NCBI GenBank assembly: GCA_951406725.2
Contig: OX597826.1
Span: 13,702,001 to 13,766,000, forward strand
Source of the DNA: Octopus vulgaris
Lineage: Eukaryota
Direction of reading: 5' to 3'
DNA length: 64,000 bases
Shown here: positions 62,471 to 64,000 of the stretch, in pieces
Layout of the letters: the number at the start of each line of letters is the position of its first letter
How positions within the stretch are numbered: the stretch's first letter is position 1
Made by a program: the position numbers and the translations under genes
The notes under the pieces: generated by a model
Told to the model about the DNA's origin: nothing
The model's database searches: none
The model's input: only the letters and a program-made list of their open reading frames with translations

Positions 62471-64000
62471 GTGTGCGTACAAATATACTTGTTTCACAGG
62501 GTTGTTAGTATGCAGGAGAAAGGTTTGCATCTTAGACTGAGATTTGCAGAAAGTGAATATGGTTAGTTCCAGTGGTTAATCGTCATCGATTCGTGGAATC
62601 ATCTCCCCTTTAGATTATTCGGTTTATACGTCAAACAATATCTTTATTAATGCCAAGTCGGCGTGTCGTCAGGATTAACATGGTAATGGATTAAATATAT
62701 CTACTTATGACCTCTTACTTTTCGAGTTCAAATACCACTGATGTCAAACTTTAGATTTTCTTTTTTTCGGAATCGAAAACAAATTATCCATCATATCATA
62801 TACTGTGAATGATTTGACTAGCAATATCTTTGAAAGGATTCAAACTCCAACACAAAATAATGAGTCCTCGATAATGAATATCCTATTATATCATTCAACT
62901 ACAGTAGTAGTTGAATAATATTAAGGCCGCAATTTACTCACGCTCAGCATCTTTCCGAGCTTGTCGCTAATCTTGTTATCAACTAAATTGAACACTGTTA
63001 ACATTTTTTAAGTGGACTGGTCCTTATCTACATTTTGGCGTAATAAAATTAAGATTTGATCCAGTCGAAAAAAGTTTACCTCAAAATTCGCAGCAACGTT
63101 ACAGGAGAGTAAGTACCGTGACCAATCATGTGTATATCTAAATATCTTTTTTATTTTAAAAACAAAATATATTTATTTTAGCTTCAATGATAGAAGAAAA
63201 CATGAAGAATTTCATAGTTTTGTTCCTATGCAAAAAAAATTTGTATAAAAAAGTTGTGAGGTAAAATATCATAAAAATATAAGGCCAAAAAATTAGATTT
63301 AAGTATAATTAACTTTTTTCTTTTAAAAACTAACTATATTTTAATTAAGCTTAAATGATAGAGCACAATTCCAGGAATTTTATGGTATCAATCTCATGCA
63401 ATGAAGTTTTAAAAGAAAAAAGTTATGGGAGTTTGTTTCTTAAATTTGAGAGTGATAATATAGGTCTATATTTTTTTAATGAATATAGTTCTATAAGGGG
63501 ACATTTAATATATGTCACCGGTGTCATTGAGGTAAGGAAAAATTATCAACGACACCGCTAATTGACACATTTGACACATTATTAATTAGCATAAAAGCAT
63601 AGCCTGGAAAAAACATGGAAGCAAGAGAAATAATATTCTTAAGATTATAAACCTGGAAAATTACAGGACGAGTCATTACACTTGGAAAAGTTCAGGACAA
63701 GAAAATTTTCACTTAAAATATTGCAGCTAAGAATAAAAGTTGAATATTAAAGATTATTTCATCTTAATTAACAAAGCAACATTCTTGCTACATGGCCCGC
63801 CCATCACAGACAATATTTCAGGACGGTCGCCTCGACGCTGCTGCGTTTCATTCTCTCCAAAATGGAGACATCGGTCACATAGTTATTCTATTTGATATTC
63901 ATCGGAGCTTCTGTGGGGAAATCGCTCCTGTTCTTTACGTCACTTTGGTAAAGAGTCTCGGTTTCACAACCGTAAATGAGAGTGGAGATCACGACTGCTT

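Overview
AT-rich, microsatellite- and transposon-saturated metazoan DNA. The SINE/LINE complement looks like an Octopus (coleoid cephalopod) genome; this is inferred from recognising the repeat families, not from a search. Nearly all supplied ORFs are translations of microsatellites or decayed transposons. Reading splice sites by hand gives a phase-consistent 7-exon gene on the + strand (about 24555-57642). It encodes a putative secreted protein: signal peptide, PAN/apple domain, 4-Cys EGF-like module, sushi/CCP domain, two divergent 4-Cys sushi-like modules, a linker and an acidic (SDTEEESQR-type) repeat tail. Its first exon has a paralog on the - strand (8358-8660) inside a large inverted duplication (left arm 1-16056, right arm 22890-31188), giving a head-to-head gene pair. 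Comparing the arms shows a filled versus empty (AAT)n site for an R4/Dong-like LINE, a 5.7 kb deletion and a templated insertion. Also present are stacked Dong-like LINE fragments in (AAT)n tracts, Penelope remnants with hammerhead-like motifs, mariner, Tigger, RTE and L1/Tx1 remnants, many SINEs and a 5 kb (ACAT)n array with higher-order structure. A 3.5 kb tandem copy across a 100-N gap is probably an assembly artefact. All coordinates were counted by eye, and repeat boundaries are approximate.
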